A DNA stretch of 64,000 nt from a virus: positions 32,001 to 96,000 of IMG/VR virus record IMGVR_UViG_3300006928_000001. One strand, 5' to 3'. Under the pieces are notes generated by a model that made no database searches, was not told the DNA's origin, and saw only the letters and a list, made by a program, of their open reading frames with translations. Shown here in pieces: positions 28,529-39,595 of the stretch. Position numbers and translations under genes: made by a program. The stretch's first letter is position 1. Each line of letters opens with the position of its first letter.

Positions 28529-29258
28529 AAGTCCTTCCCAGTCTTAGGATTCCAAAGCCAATCACACTCAGGCTTTACTTCAGCAGACTTCCACTGCTGA
28601 CGAGTGATGAGCTCACCAGCGTCGTTGAGCATACACCATTCATTACCATCGAATGATAGGTCAGCGTAATTAACAAACTTTTCGTTGTCAATCCAGGCAA
28701 GACAAACGTAAATTCCGCCACTGTTGTGATGAGCAATTTTCATATCAAAGAGCTCATTCCACTTAACGTCATGCCCGTATTCTTCCCAGTATTCCTTTAG
28801 GCCGTTTACATCTTCAACCTTACTCATGCTTCTACCCTCACTGGCTTGATTTTGTCTTTGTCTACAGTGTGTTGAGCGGCGTTCTTTCTGGCGTTGAACA
28901 GTGTGGCGTTGCACAAATTGTCTACGATACTGTAACGCACAAACTCACGGAGTTCTCCATACTGTCGTTTGGCGGTTCTGCGAACATTCAAGAATCCATC
29001 GTCGCGGATGATGACATAAGCTTTGTCATTCTTCATCTTTGTGCTCCTTAAGAAACTGTTCGAAGCAGTCTCCACACACTGGTGATGAAAACGGATTGGA
29101 GCTCACTTGATGCATATCATCGTCTGTTGTGACGTTGTCACACTCACAGCGCCAGTAACCAGGCTCAAGGCCTTCCCGCGCATCAAAATAAGCAGATTCT
29201 GCAGCGTCTTCCATTGAACTTAGCCAACACAGCATTGTTTTCCTCTTTTTGTTAAAAA

Positions 29259-29339
29259 CGGAGATAATGGGAATCGAACCCACCAGTCTTTCAGTGAGCT
29301 GCTCAAGTGACGGAAGCCGTCCGTTAGGCCTCTACCCCT
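29259..29339 (-). ncRNA. tRNA-like element lacking a canonical anticodon arm
   Basis: Acceptor GGGGTA/TATCTC, D-arm GGCC-TAACGGAC-GGCT, T-arm GTGGG-TTCGATT-CCCAT; intergenic. Confidence 0.5.
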
Positions 29340-29476
29340 TACGTCACGAGCACAAAGGTTGCAGGCACACAACCAGTTGGTGGAACACATCTTGACTATC
29401 CATGAGCCTACAAAGCTCGGCGGTCACCAGCTCCGCATGTATCTCCTGGATGCCTTAGTCGTCTCGACGCCAGCCA

Positions 29477-30280
29477 TTACGCTGACTCATCGAATTCCCT
29501 GTAGACTCGAGAAGGGATGCTCTTACCTCCAGGAGCTTCTGTGTCGTAGAAGTCTCCGTTGATGAGGTACGTAATGTTTTCTACGTAGCCCCATGGTCCA
29601 GATGATTCTGGTTCGATCTCGGCCTTAGAACGAATCAGCTTGTTATCAACAATGATAACATCACACCCATCCTTCTCGTGCCTAATGAGTTCACACTCAT
29701 GACTGTAGCCGTCACCAAGCTGGTTGCTCTCAGGATACCAATTGTAGTCATGACCTCGTTCAACCCAATAGACCACGATCCGTAGCTCTCCATGATGGTC
29801 GTAGGCGCCCTTTACATAACTGGCGAATGCCCACGGTACTGGGGCATCATAAGAGGCTCGGCCACCTAGTACAACTACATCACCAACTACGAATGGACAC
29901 TTGGCACTACGGGGCTGGTACTCACGGACTGGTGCTCCTCGACGAGCTACAGCAGCCATAGTCAAGTCTACAGTCATTCCCGTAAGGTCATCTTCCTCAC
30001 CGCTATAGCGAAGACGGTATCCCCACTTTTCATTACTGGTAACAGTAAACCATAGAGTTTGACCAACCAAGTCTTCGTCGATACACTCCTCCACAGTCAT
30101 GGATGCAACATCTTTCGTAAAAGACTGAAGCTTCAATTCGATGTGGAAGTACGGGGTACCAAGAGTGCACCGCTTCGGCAAGAACTCCTTCACACGAGTC
30201 TCATAATTGATCCTATCCCAGTCAGAATCAGGATGGAGGTAATGACAGACAACGCGTTCGTTCGTGTAGTTGTAGAACAT
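29477..30280 (-). CDS. hypothetical protein
   Basis: 267 aa, operon strand, coupled start. Confidence 0.6.
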   Translation of the reverse strand: MFYNYTNERVVCHYLHPDSDWDRINYETRVKEFLPKRCTLGTPYFHIELKLQSFTKDVASMTVEECIDEDLVGQTLWFTVTSNEKWGYRLRYSGEEDDLTGMTVDLTMAAVARRGAPVREYQPRSAKCPFVVGDVVVLGGRASYDAPVPWAFASYVKGAYDHHGELRIVVYWVERGHDYNWYPESNQLGDGYSHECELIRHEKDGCDVIIVDNKLIRSKAEIEPESSGPWGYVENITYLINGDFYDTEAPGGKSIPSRVYREFDESA

Positions 30281-30497
30281 CAGAAGCTCCTGGGGTATTC
30301 AACCTTGTAATGGCATTTGCCGTTGACAGAGACCGTTACCTTGCCTTCTTCGAAACCGATGGAGACATCAGCCATTCCGAGCTGGAGCTCGAGCTTGGCA
30401 TATGTTGGATCAACATTGTCATGGACAACAGTACAGTCTTCGCCATTTACAGTTGTCGTGATATTCCCGTTGTTCTCAGTCTTAAGCTCGGCGTACA

Positions 30498-31307
30498 TTA
30501 CTTCTTCTCCGTCGGTGGGGTAGAAAATCCAATGCCCTTCCAGTCACGCAAAGAGTCTTCCAGTCGCCTTCTAGTGTCCAAAGGCGATCCGTTAAGACAC
30601 ATAGCCTCACGGACGAGATCATCTCGTGACATGCTATTAACACTCCCGAATCCTTCTGAGATAGAGTCGATTACCATGTCACGACTCAACTCAGGCTCAA
30701 GCCAACAGTTGGCTACATACCAGGCGATGACACCATCTGAGTAGCCTTCCAGACAGTCTACTGCCCGAGGGTTAGGATCATCAGTAGACGTAGGCTTCCA
30801 TGTGAGAGTGCGCATGTCACACATCTCATTGATACTACGCGCGGACTTTTCTTTCACGTTGACGAAGTAAACGCCACTAATCGCCTCGTACCATCCATCC
30901 TTGGCTGGTTGGGGAGAAGCGCGGTCGACACGAATCTGCTGTGCAGAGTGCCAAAGCATCATGGCCATACGCTCCATCTCACTCGGTGTCATGGTGAAAC
31001 CAGCACGATTTCCGATGTTGAGTAGCGGCAACTGGCCGTCGATCTCGTCGGTTACTGTAACCGGCCCATGGACACTACCGATGTACATCGTGCCGATGTC
31101 TTCGACCTCACTGAACTCGTCGTACATGTCGAAGATAGCCATGATGAGTGGCGCAAGCGGGTCTGGTGAGTACTGGGTATTATCCTTGATTGATGGCTTC
31201 CCATACGTAGCGTAGTACCCAATTTCATCCTCGTGCACAGTGATACTACGGATTACTTTGTCCGGAAGTGTGACAGCCGCGGTGATATGCTTTTCTGGCT
31301 TAGGCAT
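30498..31307 (-). CDS. hypothetical protein
   Basis: GAGGTAAATC-ATG start. Confidence 0.6.
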   Translation of the reverse strand: MPKPEKHITAAVTLPDKVIRSITVHEDEIGYYATYGKPSIKDNTQYSPDPLAPLIMAIFDMYDEFSEVEDIGTMYIGSVHGPVTVTDEIDGQLPLLNIGNRAGFTMTPSEMERMAMMLWHSAQQIRVDRASPQPAKDGWYEAISGVYFVNVKEKSARSINEMCDMRTLTWKPTSTDDPNPRAVDCLEGYSDGVIAWYVANCWLEPELSRDMVIDSISEGFGSVNSMSRDDLVREAMCLNGSPLDTRRRLEDSLRDWKGIGFSTPPTEKK

Positions 31308-32540
31308 GATTTACCTCTCTTCTGCGTTATGAAAGTGAACTGTATCCCAGAGCAATTCTGGCATAGAACCTTCTGCTCTAGATCTAACGTTGTACCGTCG
31401 GCCGCCATGGTGGATACCAACTCCGTATGTTACGGTACCTTTATACGGGTATTTCCAGAGCATGATGTGCGCAATTTTCCCATTACACTTGCGAGAAAAT
31501 GTGTAGATCTGCATTTTATCGAGTGTACGCATGGCACCAATTTGCGGGAACCGGAGCAGAAAGCTTGTGCTAAGCGCTCGGCACTTCAATTTGAGAGTGC
31601 TTCCATCCGCTACGAGCTTGGCCTTTGTGACGTCTGCCATGATGACGTCATTAGCAAACTGTAGGATTTTCTTGCTCATCACTCTTCCACGAAGCAGACA
31701 TCGTCCAACGCCACCTCTGGGCCTGTTGTGTCCATAGACTCAACGTTCACCAGGTGGAGGTCTGTGATGTTGAGAAGAAGGCGTTCTTGGATTGCTTTCT
31801 TGGCCTTTTCGACAGCTTGGTCTTTTGTTGCACCGCGAGCATCAACAACGACACTCATCTCGACTGTGAGCGTGATTTCGTACAAGTCTTCCATTATGGG
31901 TTCTACCTCTTTGCGAGAAGACTACGAGCTTCTCGGTCATTTCTGATTTGAATCATTGCTACTGCTGAGCCGTTCAATGTCGCTCTAAGTAGCTTCATGA
32001 AAGTCTCATCATCTTCGATGAGTTCTTTTTGAGCTTTTCTCTCTTCTCGAGATAGTGGCGTTTTGCAGGTGTGTTCCTTGTCAGTTGAACCTGTAAACAC
32101 AACTTCTGCGCAGGCACCACACTCTGTATCTACTCCAACGTTGTTTAGACATTGAAGAACTTCGTCCATTGTTCGACTACACTCATGGGATATCCGTGAC
32201 AGAAATCTTGATACCAAAATCACCTGTATGGGAGATGATGTACCACTGTTGGTTAATGAGCATGACGTCAAGTTCCCGCTTGTGGCTGAACACAGAGTCC
32301 AACACGGTGTCACCTTCAGGCGTACCAGGAGTACCACCAACCACATAGATGGTTTGTATCATGACTCTATAAGCTTTTGAGGCATCTTCATCGAAGGACC
32401 ACCTCCAGGCTTCACCCTGGCAGTCTGACGTAATGTCTTTGACAAAAATGGCGTCAACTTTGAGGATGCAGTTTTCTTTCTCAGTGTCGATGTGGTAGCG
32501 TTGCATTGTGGTTCCTTTCTCTAAGACAGAGAGACATGGT

Positions 32541-32593
32541 CCACCCACAACCATCAGACCAGCGAGGTAAAATTACCGGGAGGTTGTGGGTGG
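32541..32593. promoter_or_regulatory. intergenic stem-loop with 12-bp perfect arms
   Basis: ccacccacaacc ... ggttgtgggtgg, extended by gagac/gtctc. Confidence 0.5.
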
Positions 32594-32944
32594 CCAGTCT
32601 CCAGAAGTGGGCCCAAGTTGGGGTGGTCGAATACCCCTAGTTTTGGGCTGAGTGGATTTCTAGGGCCTACGAAAGGGTTGGGCTGGTAGTTTCCTCAGGT
32701 CCAACTTTTGGAGTGGTTCGTAGGGGCTAGAGATTAGTCTAGTTTTTCACGAATAGTCTGCTCGATCAACACGTGGTCAACTAAACTAGACGAAGGTTCG
32801 TACACGAATGTGACAGTACACTTATCAGGATCGATGTGTACGTCAGACACGCTACTGGCAAGCTCGATCAAAGTTTTGTCGACTAGGTTGCCCGAAAGTT
32901 TCACAGAAGTCTTGTGCTCGACGATTGCGCTATTCTTCATTCAT

Positions 32945-33433
32945 TTACTCCATAGACTGGAAGTCAATATCCATTGCCCATCGACGAATCAACGCCCTCA
33001 AGATGCGCTGAGACTCATCTTTCACAGGACCCTTTCCACGCTTCTTAACATGGGCAACAGCCTCATCCAAGAAGTCATTCATACACACGTGCTTGACGTT
33101 GTGCATGAGTCGGCGGACCTCTTCTGTGCGCTCGGCAACAGTTTCGTCCATTCCGCGCTTGGTTCGAACGGTCTTGTACAGAGACCCATCATTCCAACCG
33201 TAGTCATGGGTAGACTTGACGCCAAACGACAGAGTCTTCTTAGCGATTTCGCACCAGAGGTACTCAGCCATGTAGAGAGCCATCCAGCCGGAGCCTTCAC
33301 TCTCTTGAGCGTCGAACTCTTCACCCTTGTACATGAGCTTTGAGTAGACGATACGAATCTTAACGTCGAATTCGATAGGCTCTGGGGTAGCGGTAAACCC
33401 AGCAGTGCTGAGTGCAGCTTTGAGTTGGTCCAT
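32945..33433 (-). CDS. hypothetical protein
   Basis: Operon strand, TAATG coupling. Confidence 0.6.
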   Translation of the reverse strand: MDQLKAALSTAGFTATPEPIEFDVKIRIVYSKLMYKGEEFDAQESEGSGWMALYMAEYLWCEIAKKTLSFGVKSTHDYGWNDGSLYKTVRTKRGMDETVAERTEEVRRLMHNVKHVCMNDFLDEAVAHVKKRGKGPVKDESQRILRALIRRWAMDIDFQSME

Positions 33434-34029
33434 TACTCATCCTCCTCAGACCAGCACCAGTTCTGGCTGAACAATTGCATTACTGTCACTACTTTGTTGT
33501 TCCACTCATGATTGAGTGTCTTACTTGGTACGAGTAGGTTGACGAAACAACAAACTTCCACAGAGAGGCTGTTGTGGTCTTTGATGATGAGGTCATCGTG
33601 AAACCATTCAAACTCGTAACTGGTTTCACCGAATTCCTTATCACTTTCGGTAACTTCGTCGATGATGGCCTGAACTTCCTTGCGTTCGAAATACGGGTTA
33701 GCCCAGCCGTTCCAACGCCGTTCAGACGGAACAACGTACCCTGGCTGGCTAAACATCGAACCTTCGCCATCGATGCTGAAACGATTGGGCTGTGCTCGGA
33801 ACAGTTTGCTAGTAAGGCCCAGGTCGTGCTCACGTGGATGCTTGAACTGAGTTACTAGCGTTTCCACTGTCCCATCATCGTCAACGGGACGAGTGACATG
33901 AAACAGACCGACCAAGTCTTTTGTGACGTTGTTGTAGAAGTCACGGTAGTGAGTACGCCTGGTACTAGCAGCCACGCGACTATTGTGCCAGATGGTGAGG
34001 TTGCGGTCTCGAAGTTCTGTACTAGTCAT
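33433..34029 (-). CDS. hypothetical protein (RRWNGWANPYF motif)
   Basis: Operon strand, coupled start/stop. Confidence 0.6.
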   Translation of the reverse strand: MTSTELRDRNLTIWHNSRVAASTRRTHYRDFYNNVTKDLVGLFHVTRPVDDDGTVETLVTQFKHPREHDLGLTSKLFRAQPNRFSIDGEGSMFSQPGYVVPSERRWNGWANPYFERKEVQAIIDEVTESDKEFGETSYEFEWFHDDLIIKDHNSLSVEVCCFVNLLVPSKTLNHEWNNKVVTVMQLFSQNWCWSEEDE

Positions 34030-34279
34030 TAGAACAGCTCCTTTTCGATTAGCTCGTCACTAACTTCTGTCCACCTGGCTGTAACAGTCTCGCTGATCTC
34101 AGTTCCAGAGTAGTCTCCGCCACTAGGAACCTTCATGACCAGTTTTGCATCATTTGGAATGCTAATTCCTAGATGCTGAAGCGCAGCAATCATGACTTCG
34201 TTTGGTACGGTTAGTTCTACGTTTTCGTGTGTCTTGACCTTTCGAGTGACCTTTAGTCCAAGGGGCTTATGTTGATTCA

Positions 34280-34921
34280 TCACGCATCTCCTGCTGTGTT
34301 GACCATCTGCAAAGAAGCTTGCATGGTAATCATTTTGTGAGCCTCTTCGTACATCTCAGCTACCTCTCCCGCCAGGGCCATGTACAGTTGTGCTTCACAG
34401 AATACCACCGCTTCTGGGTGCATAGTCTTTCGTACTAGATCTGCCTCGTCGATGGCTGATCCGTCTTTGAGCATGAACCTTGTGCAGTTGACTGTAACGT
34501 GTGGTGGTTGCTGCATGGTAAAGCCGGAGTAGATCGATGAACCCATCGGCTCAAAGACTTGAATGATGCTTTCGTACAAGCCGTGTGGGCATCCCTTCTC
34601 AAGTTGTTCGAGTGCAGGCTTTGTACAGGCTTGGTACGGCAGACATCCTAGCTGAGGAGTGTAGATTGCTAGTCCGACCTTGCCAGCTTCATTGATGCAC
34701 TGTTCTGTATCGAATGTGACAGGAAGCGCGTCATTAACACACTTGACCAAGACGTCTACGAGTAGCTGAGGGTTCTTGACTCCGTATCGGAGTACATCCG
34801 CGTTGGACCGAACCATGAATCTAACCGCCTCGAACATCTTAGCGTGCGTCTCACAGCAGATGTGGTCAGGGTTCATCTGGCCTGACTTTAGGAACCAACG
34901 AATGTCATTGGGGTCTAGCAT
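34280..34921 (-). CDS. hypothetical protein
   Basis: GAGGTAAAAC SD. Confidence 0.6.
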   Translation of the reverse strand: MLDPNDIRWFLKSGQMNPDHICCETHAKMFEAVRFMVRSNADVLRYGVKNPQLLVDVLVKCVNDALPVTFDTEQCINEAGKVGLAIYTPQLGCLPYQACTKPALEQLEKGCPHGLYESIIQVFEPMGSSIYSGFTMQQPPHVTVNCTRFMLKDGSAIDEADLVRKTMHPEAVVFCEAQLYMALAGEVAEMYEEAHKMITMQASLQMVNTAGDA

Positions 34922-35167
34922 TGTTTTACCTCTTTCAGAGTTGAGATTCTAGTCGTACTTGAACAGGAACAACTTCCCAGGTTTTGCCAAGAAAGAACCT
35001 GTCTTTCTTCGGTAGCTTTCTGTCAATCCACTTAGCAGCAGTCTTGGCTGCTGTTGGACTAGAGAATACACGAGCTGCACTGAACCGTGATACGTACATC
35101 CGATACCGTGACCCGCCAATGAAGAACTGCCTGTTGTCAGAGCAACGGAGTATCCAGCGTGTAGTGG

Positions 35168-36007
35168 TCACTTGTGCGTGACCTCAATCTCAATGATACC
35201 ATCGTCAGTGTCTCGCAGTTGACCCTTCAGACCCTTCTGGATTAGAGCGTTCTTTGCTGCATCATCTGTCATGCAGCCTAGTGGAGCGAATGAACCACGA
35301 CCAAACTTGCCGTACTGGTCATCGGGCAGGATTGGACCATAAAACACGGCCTTCTTGCCTTCCCAGCACCAGGACCAGTCAGGGTCGAGCCAGATGATCA
35401 TGAATGTAACAGGGACAACATCGTAGTCCTTAAACGCCCGGTAGTGTGTGAACCCCAGGTTGTACAGAAACTCATGGAATCCTGGGTGTTCAGATGGAAC
35501 CTCTGACGCATTACAGAGCTCGTAGTACATGTCGTACAAGGTCTTGTCGTTAGTCAACTCGCCATTGACAAGCAGACCTCCGCCGGAGCCTTCCATAGTG
35601 GTGTCATCAAACACCTTGGCGCCGTATGGGAAGTTCATCATGTAATTGTTCATTTCAAGTACTCCTCGTAAGCATCCAAGTCGACAAACTCGTGGAGAGT
35701 GTGCAGAACCCGGGCCGTAGTAGTCGAGTGTTGCTCCAGCTAGGCGTTCTTGCATCATCTGCAGAGTGGCTTTCTGGGCGTCCGTCAAGTTGAAATTCTT
35801 CTTGTCACTAACAAGCTCGCGGCACTTCGGACAGGTGATGGTAGAAAGTGGCCTGTCTTCGTTTAGCCAGGATGGTGCGACGAAGTCGTGACCTTCTGGT
35901 GAGGTAACGCCTTCATAATCAATACGAAGTGTCATGCCACAGTACGTATCAACAGTTGCTAGACTGACTTTGCAGTCATGCTTCTCAATGTGAATGACTC
36001 CGGTCAT
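35168..36007 (-). CDS. hypothetical protein with Cys/His motifs
   Basis: H...YCG...TCPKC; start MTGVIH overlaps the upstream stop. Confidence 0.55.
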   Translation of the reverse strand: MTGVIHIEKHDCKVSLATVDTYCGMTLRIDYEGVTSPEGHDFVAPSWLNEDRPLSTITCPKCRELVSDKKNFNLTDAQKATLQMMQERLAGATLDYYGPGSAHSPRVCRLGCLRGVLEMNNYMMNFPYGAKVFDDTTMEGSGGGLLVNGELTNDKTLYDMYYELCNASEVPSEHPGFHEFLYNLGFTHYRAFKDYDVVPVTFMIIWLDPDWSWCWEGKKAVFYGPILPDDQYGKFGRGSFAPLGCMTDDAAKNALIQKGLKGQLRDTDDGIIEIEVTHK

Positions 36008-37521
36008 TGTGCTTGCCTCTTTCTGATGTTGTCTGCCCAAATTGCACCTAGCGTGTCAAAGTCTTCTGAGAAGAACACGTTGAATCCATATCCGTGCTCT
36101 TCAAATTCGATGTTGAGCTCTATTGTTCCTTTGATGAAGTCTTGATACAGCTGGCCTAGAACACAGCGTGTACACGTTGTCATATCAAGCACGTCTAGGT
36201 CGATTTCATGGTGCCAACCAGGTCGCTTTGCGTCTAGTAGCGCGATGCCATTGCTAACACACAACTCTAGGTTTTTTCTATTCATGACTGTACCTCTTTC
36301 AAGTAGTTGAACGCGTCTTCGTTCCTCAAAATACCTAGGTTTTGTGTCTCGCATGACAGGTGGCCATGTTTACCGATAAACACACGGGTTTCGTGCATCT
36401 TGAAGTGTAAGGTGCCTTTCGCCGATTGCTTCGTAATGTCGCTGAATGCTAAACCGAGATCTTCCATCGTGTTGAGTTGTGGCTCAAGCACTTGGTAAGC
36501 GGTCTTTTCCTGAAGGAAGTGTGCCTTCAGCTCTTTGATGAGGTCACCTGGTGTAATCCAGGAGTGTCGTCCCCAGGTGACACGCCCAGTTGTACCAATA
36601 TAAATAGTCGTATGGACATCGTTGTGAGACGCTTTTAGGCACACAGTGCCGCGGGCTGTTTGCTCGATGAGCTTGAGCTTAACGCCGGGGATGGCTGTGT
36701 AGAGGGCATTCTGCATGTCCTCTTGACTAGCTGTGAGTGGCTTGTGGAGCATCAGTCATCCCAACCTGAGAGGTTTTCAATCCTGTGTACCGCTTCTACG
36801 TTACCTGATAGCATAGCGTGAGTCAGCATCAGGTGTGTTGCGTCCTTGTACTCTTCTGAGTAGACTACCGATGGTCTCTTGCCTTCTTGGCAGAACTCGA
36901 GCGGTAGTTTCTCTATGACAGATGGGTCGATGAAGTCAACGATTGACTCAGGCAGGTTCAGCATCGCCTCGACCTGCCAGTAGTCAGCGTCTGGACGGTT
37001 GGTGTTCCGCGCCTCTTCTTCGTCCTCTTCGATTTCTTCTGGAGTTCTGTCGCAGAAGTTGTCGTGGCGGGTGTATGACAGTTGACCACACCGTTTGCAT
37101 GGAACCATGCCGAGGGTGTCGGCGCGGATTTGACAGATGAAGATGTCTGGCATTTCTAGTTGTGCCACCTTTCATTGATGTAATCATACTTGATGACGCT
37201 GCCTTCGAAGAACAAGTAGCTTTCTGGTAACAGGTCAGGTGGAGGTTCACACTTCGCTTCTGCCAGGCGCTTGAGTTCGCCTGGCAGGTTGTTGAGGTAG
37301 CACTCGTTCCAGTTCTCGTCGTCTGGGTCGATGCAGATGGAGTCTCCGTTCGGAGATGGGTAGAGGTGGAACGTTGCTTGCATTTTCAACTCACAGTATA
37401 CATCAACCGGGTCACATACGCTCACCCAGATGATTCCCCACACAGCATGTACCAAGGCGTCCACCATGTCATTGCCCGTTTCTGGTTTTAGCGTGGAGCA
37501 CTTTGTCATTTACATGTCCTT

Positions 37522-38178
37522 TTAGTCTGTGACTACAAGTCTTCCTGTAACACTCTCATAAATAAGATCCATCATCGTAGAATCGTAGGGGGACTCATCT
37601 GGAGTCATGTTTTGCTCGATGAGCAGGAATCGTTGTGCTGCCAGATAGGCATCCTCAGGCGTACCATCGTCACAGACGTATTCACCGGCTGAGGGGTGGC
37701 CTTCCGGGCACTTGATGTGCCGAGACCTCCATGGTGCCTTCGCGTGAGCTGCCTCATGGACAGTTGCGACACTCAACTGCTCAGGAGATGAGTATCTTGG
37801 TGAGCGAAACACCACACGTCGGCCGGAGTAGTAGATGGCTGCTTTGTGTGTTGCGCCTGGGTCATACTCAGGTGAGACTTCAACTTCGTCGAACTCAACC
37901 AGGCTGTCACCGTAGTAGTCTTGGTCTGCTACCAGGAGCATGTGCCATGTAGTGAGGAGGGCGTTGATGTCGTCTTCGTACGCGTCGTATGGTTGATTGT
38001 GTGAATCAATCTGCAGGTTAGCATCTGCCGCGATGCTGTACGCGCAGTCTCCGGTTGGAGGGAGTGCTTCGAACGCGAGATGACGTTGATTTTCGCAAGA
38101 ATCAAGCGTGGCACTGATGTCCAACTGGTAGTCGCTGGAACAGGCTGCGAATACTAGCAAAGTTGTGATACTGCGCAT
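37522..38178 (-). CDS. lipoprotein with zincin HExxH motif
   Basis: Lipobox LVFAAC at Cys12; VHEAAH. Confidence 0.55.
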   Translation of the reverse strand: MRSITTLLVFAACSSDYQLDISATLDSCENQRHLAFEALPPTGDCAYSIAADANLQIDSHNQPYDAYEDDINALLTTWHMLLVADQDYYGDSLVEFDEVEVSPEYDPGATHKAAIYYSGRRVVFRSPRYSSPEQLSVATVHEAAHAKAPWRSRHIKCPEGHPSAGEYVCDDGTPEDAYLAAQRFLLIEQNMTPDESPYDSTMMDLIYESVTGRLVVTD

Positions 38179-38202
38179 GACATTTCCTTTCTGTTTAAAG
38201 AG

Positions 38203-38526
38203 TTATACCTTCTTTGCGAGCAGCCCGTCATCACCCCAAGACAGGACGAGACTAGCTTTTTCGAGCCTTCTGGAACTGAATGTATCCTTCTTGACATTTC
38301 TCAGTTGTCCGGGTAGGTGGTCTAGAAAGTCACACGCTTCTTCCAAGCTAAAGTGATGATAGTTTCTTAGGGCCGTAATTCCGTCAGCCCTATCGGCACA
38401 GTCGATGACTGTTACCGTGGACGCCATGTTGTTGGTGGTGATAAGCACGTCGGTCAGAGCTAGAGCAGAAGCCAGGACACGTCGTAGGTCCTTCAAAGCG
38501 AGCAGTGGGTCGTGCACTTCCATCAT
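38203..38526 (-). CDS. protein with ribosomal bL12 C-terminal-domain-like fold
   Basis: VTVIDCADRADGITALR...SLEEACDFLDHLPGQL.NVKKD...LEKASLV parallels bL12 CTD spacing; GGAG SD before MMEVH. Confidence 0.4.
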   Translation of the reverse strand: MMEVHDPLLALKDLRRVLASALALTDVLITTNNMASTVTVIDCADRADGITALRNYHHFSLEEACDFLDHLPGQLRNVKKDTFSSRRLEKASLVLSWGDDGLLAKKV

Positions 38527-38822
38527 TTCTCCAATTGGTGGTTGGTTGGGGTGTAGCCCAGGGGTCAGATTGGTCCATTGGTGGCCAGATTGGGGTGATC
38601 TGGCCATTTTAGGGGGTTGGGGTGGGGTAGGTTGGGGGTTGGAAGTTTCGCAGGGCTCAGAAATGGACTGGTAAAAAGCAGGAGGTTTGCTGAGTGTTTT
38701 TCTTAAGTAAAGCAAGAGGGTTTGCTGGGTGAGCTGTAAGAGAAGCACGGGCCGTAGGTTCGTCTGGCAAGTTGTCTGCTAACAGGTTGTCTGCTGTTCG
38801 ACTAATGGGTTGTTACCTGTAC

Positions 38823-39118
38823 CATACACACGCGGACGGCTAGACAGCCCCAGCAAGCTTTTTCTCTTTCTCTTGGTCTCTCTTATTTAATCACTCAGAG
38901 TATTTAAGTTAAATCTGATCAGATGTCTGATATAGAATACAGTAACAGTATTATGTAATTGACCTCGAGAACAGTATCAGAACAGGTATCAGATATATAA
39001 GGTTGAATACTGTTACAGAAGTCGTAGTCTGAAGTGATACTTTCTGACCTTGTCTCGAGAAAGAGCAAGAGAAAGAGAAAGAGCTGGTTGGGGCTGTCTA
39101 GCCGTCCGCGTGTGTATG
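38823..39118. repeat. 53-bp inverted repeat pair flanking an AT-rich core (candidate replication origin)
   Basis: 38823-38875 vs reverse complement of 39066-39118: 50/53 identical, first 30 nt perfect. Confidence 0.8.
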
Positions 39119-39214
39119 AGGTTGGCGCCACAGACGGCAGAGTTGTTAATATCAGCATTCTGGGCCAGTTTCGGCCGTGTGGAACACCTAAACCCCAACC
39201 CTTGCCGTTGTGGT

Positions 39215-39595
39215 TTAGAAATCACCCTCGATAATCCGGTGTCGGGCGATCTTTTTGGCATCATCAACATTGACGACGTCGTACTCGAAATCACCGTAGA
39301 AGTGCTGCCACTTCCATTCGTCGGTGTCGCGGTAGTGAATAACCACTACTCCACGGCGTTCGAAGTTGTCACTGAACGTCGCAGCCTCTCGGCCATCGCG
39401 TGGGCCTACCTTGATATGGACTCGGCTTATCGACTCTTCGAACGTGGAGACCAATTCGATATCATGGAGTGCCCTAGCGACAGCCTGGTGGACAGACTTT
39501 TCGTCGTCCGTAAGGGACTCTAGAGCAGCCTTTCGCTTGGCTTCGAGAGCCTTTTGAGTGGAGTCGATTTGGTTGGCGATGAATTCGTCGAACAT
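39215..39595 (-). CDS. hypothetical early protein
   Basis: GAGGTAAACC-ATG. Confidence 0.6.
   Translation of the reverse strand: MFDEFIANQIDSTQKALEAKRKAALESLTDDEKSVHQAVARALHDIELVSTFEESISRVHIKVGPRDGREAATFSDNFERRGVVVIHYRDTDEWKWQHFYGDFEYDVVNVDDAKKIARHRIIEGDF

Noticed and set aside
29026-29283. ORF start at 29283 (MGSIPIIS...)
   Set aside because: The 5' part is the T-arm of the tRNA-like element; the AGAGG SD supports ATG at 29235
29259-29339. Calling this a functional tRNA with an anticodon
   Set aside because: No 5-bp stem/7-nt loop can be drawn, and the 1-72 pair is mismatched
38527-39294. ORFs across the skewed and inverted-repeat region (38919-39158, 39013-39294, 5' extension to 38748)
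   Set aside because: Low-complexity translations of non-coding repeats; no SD
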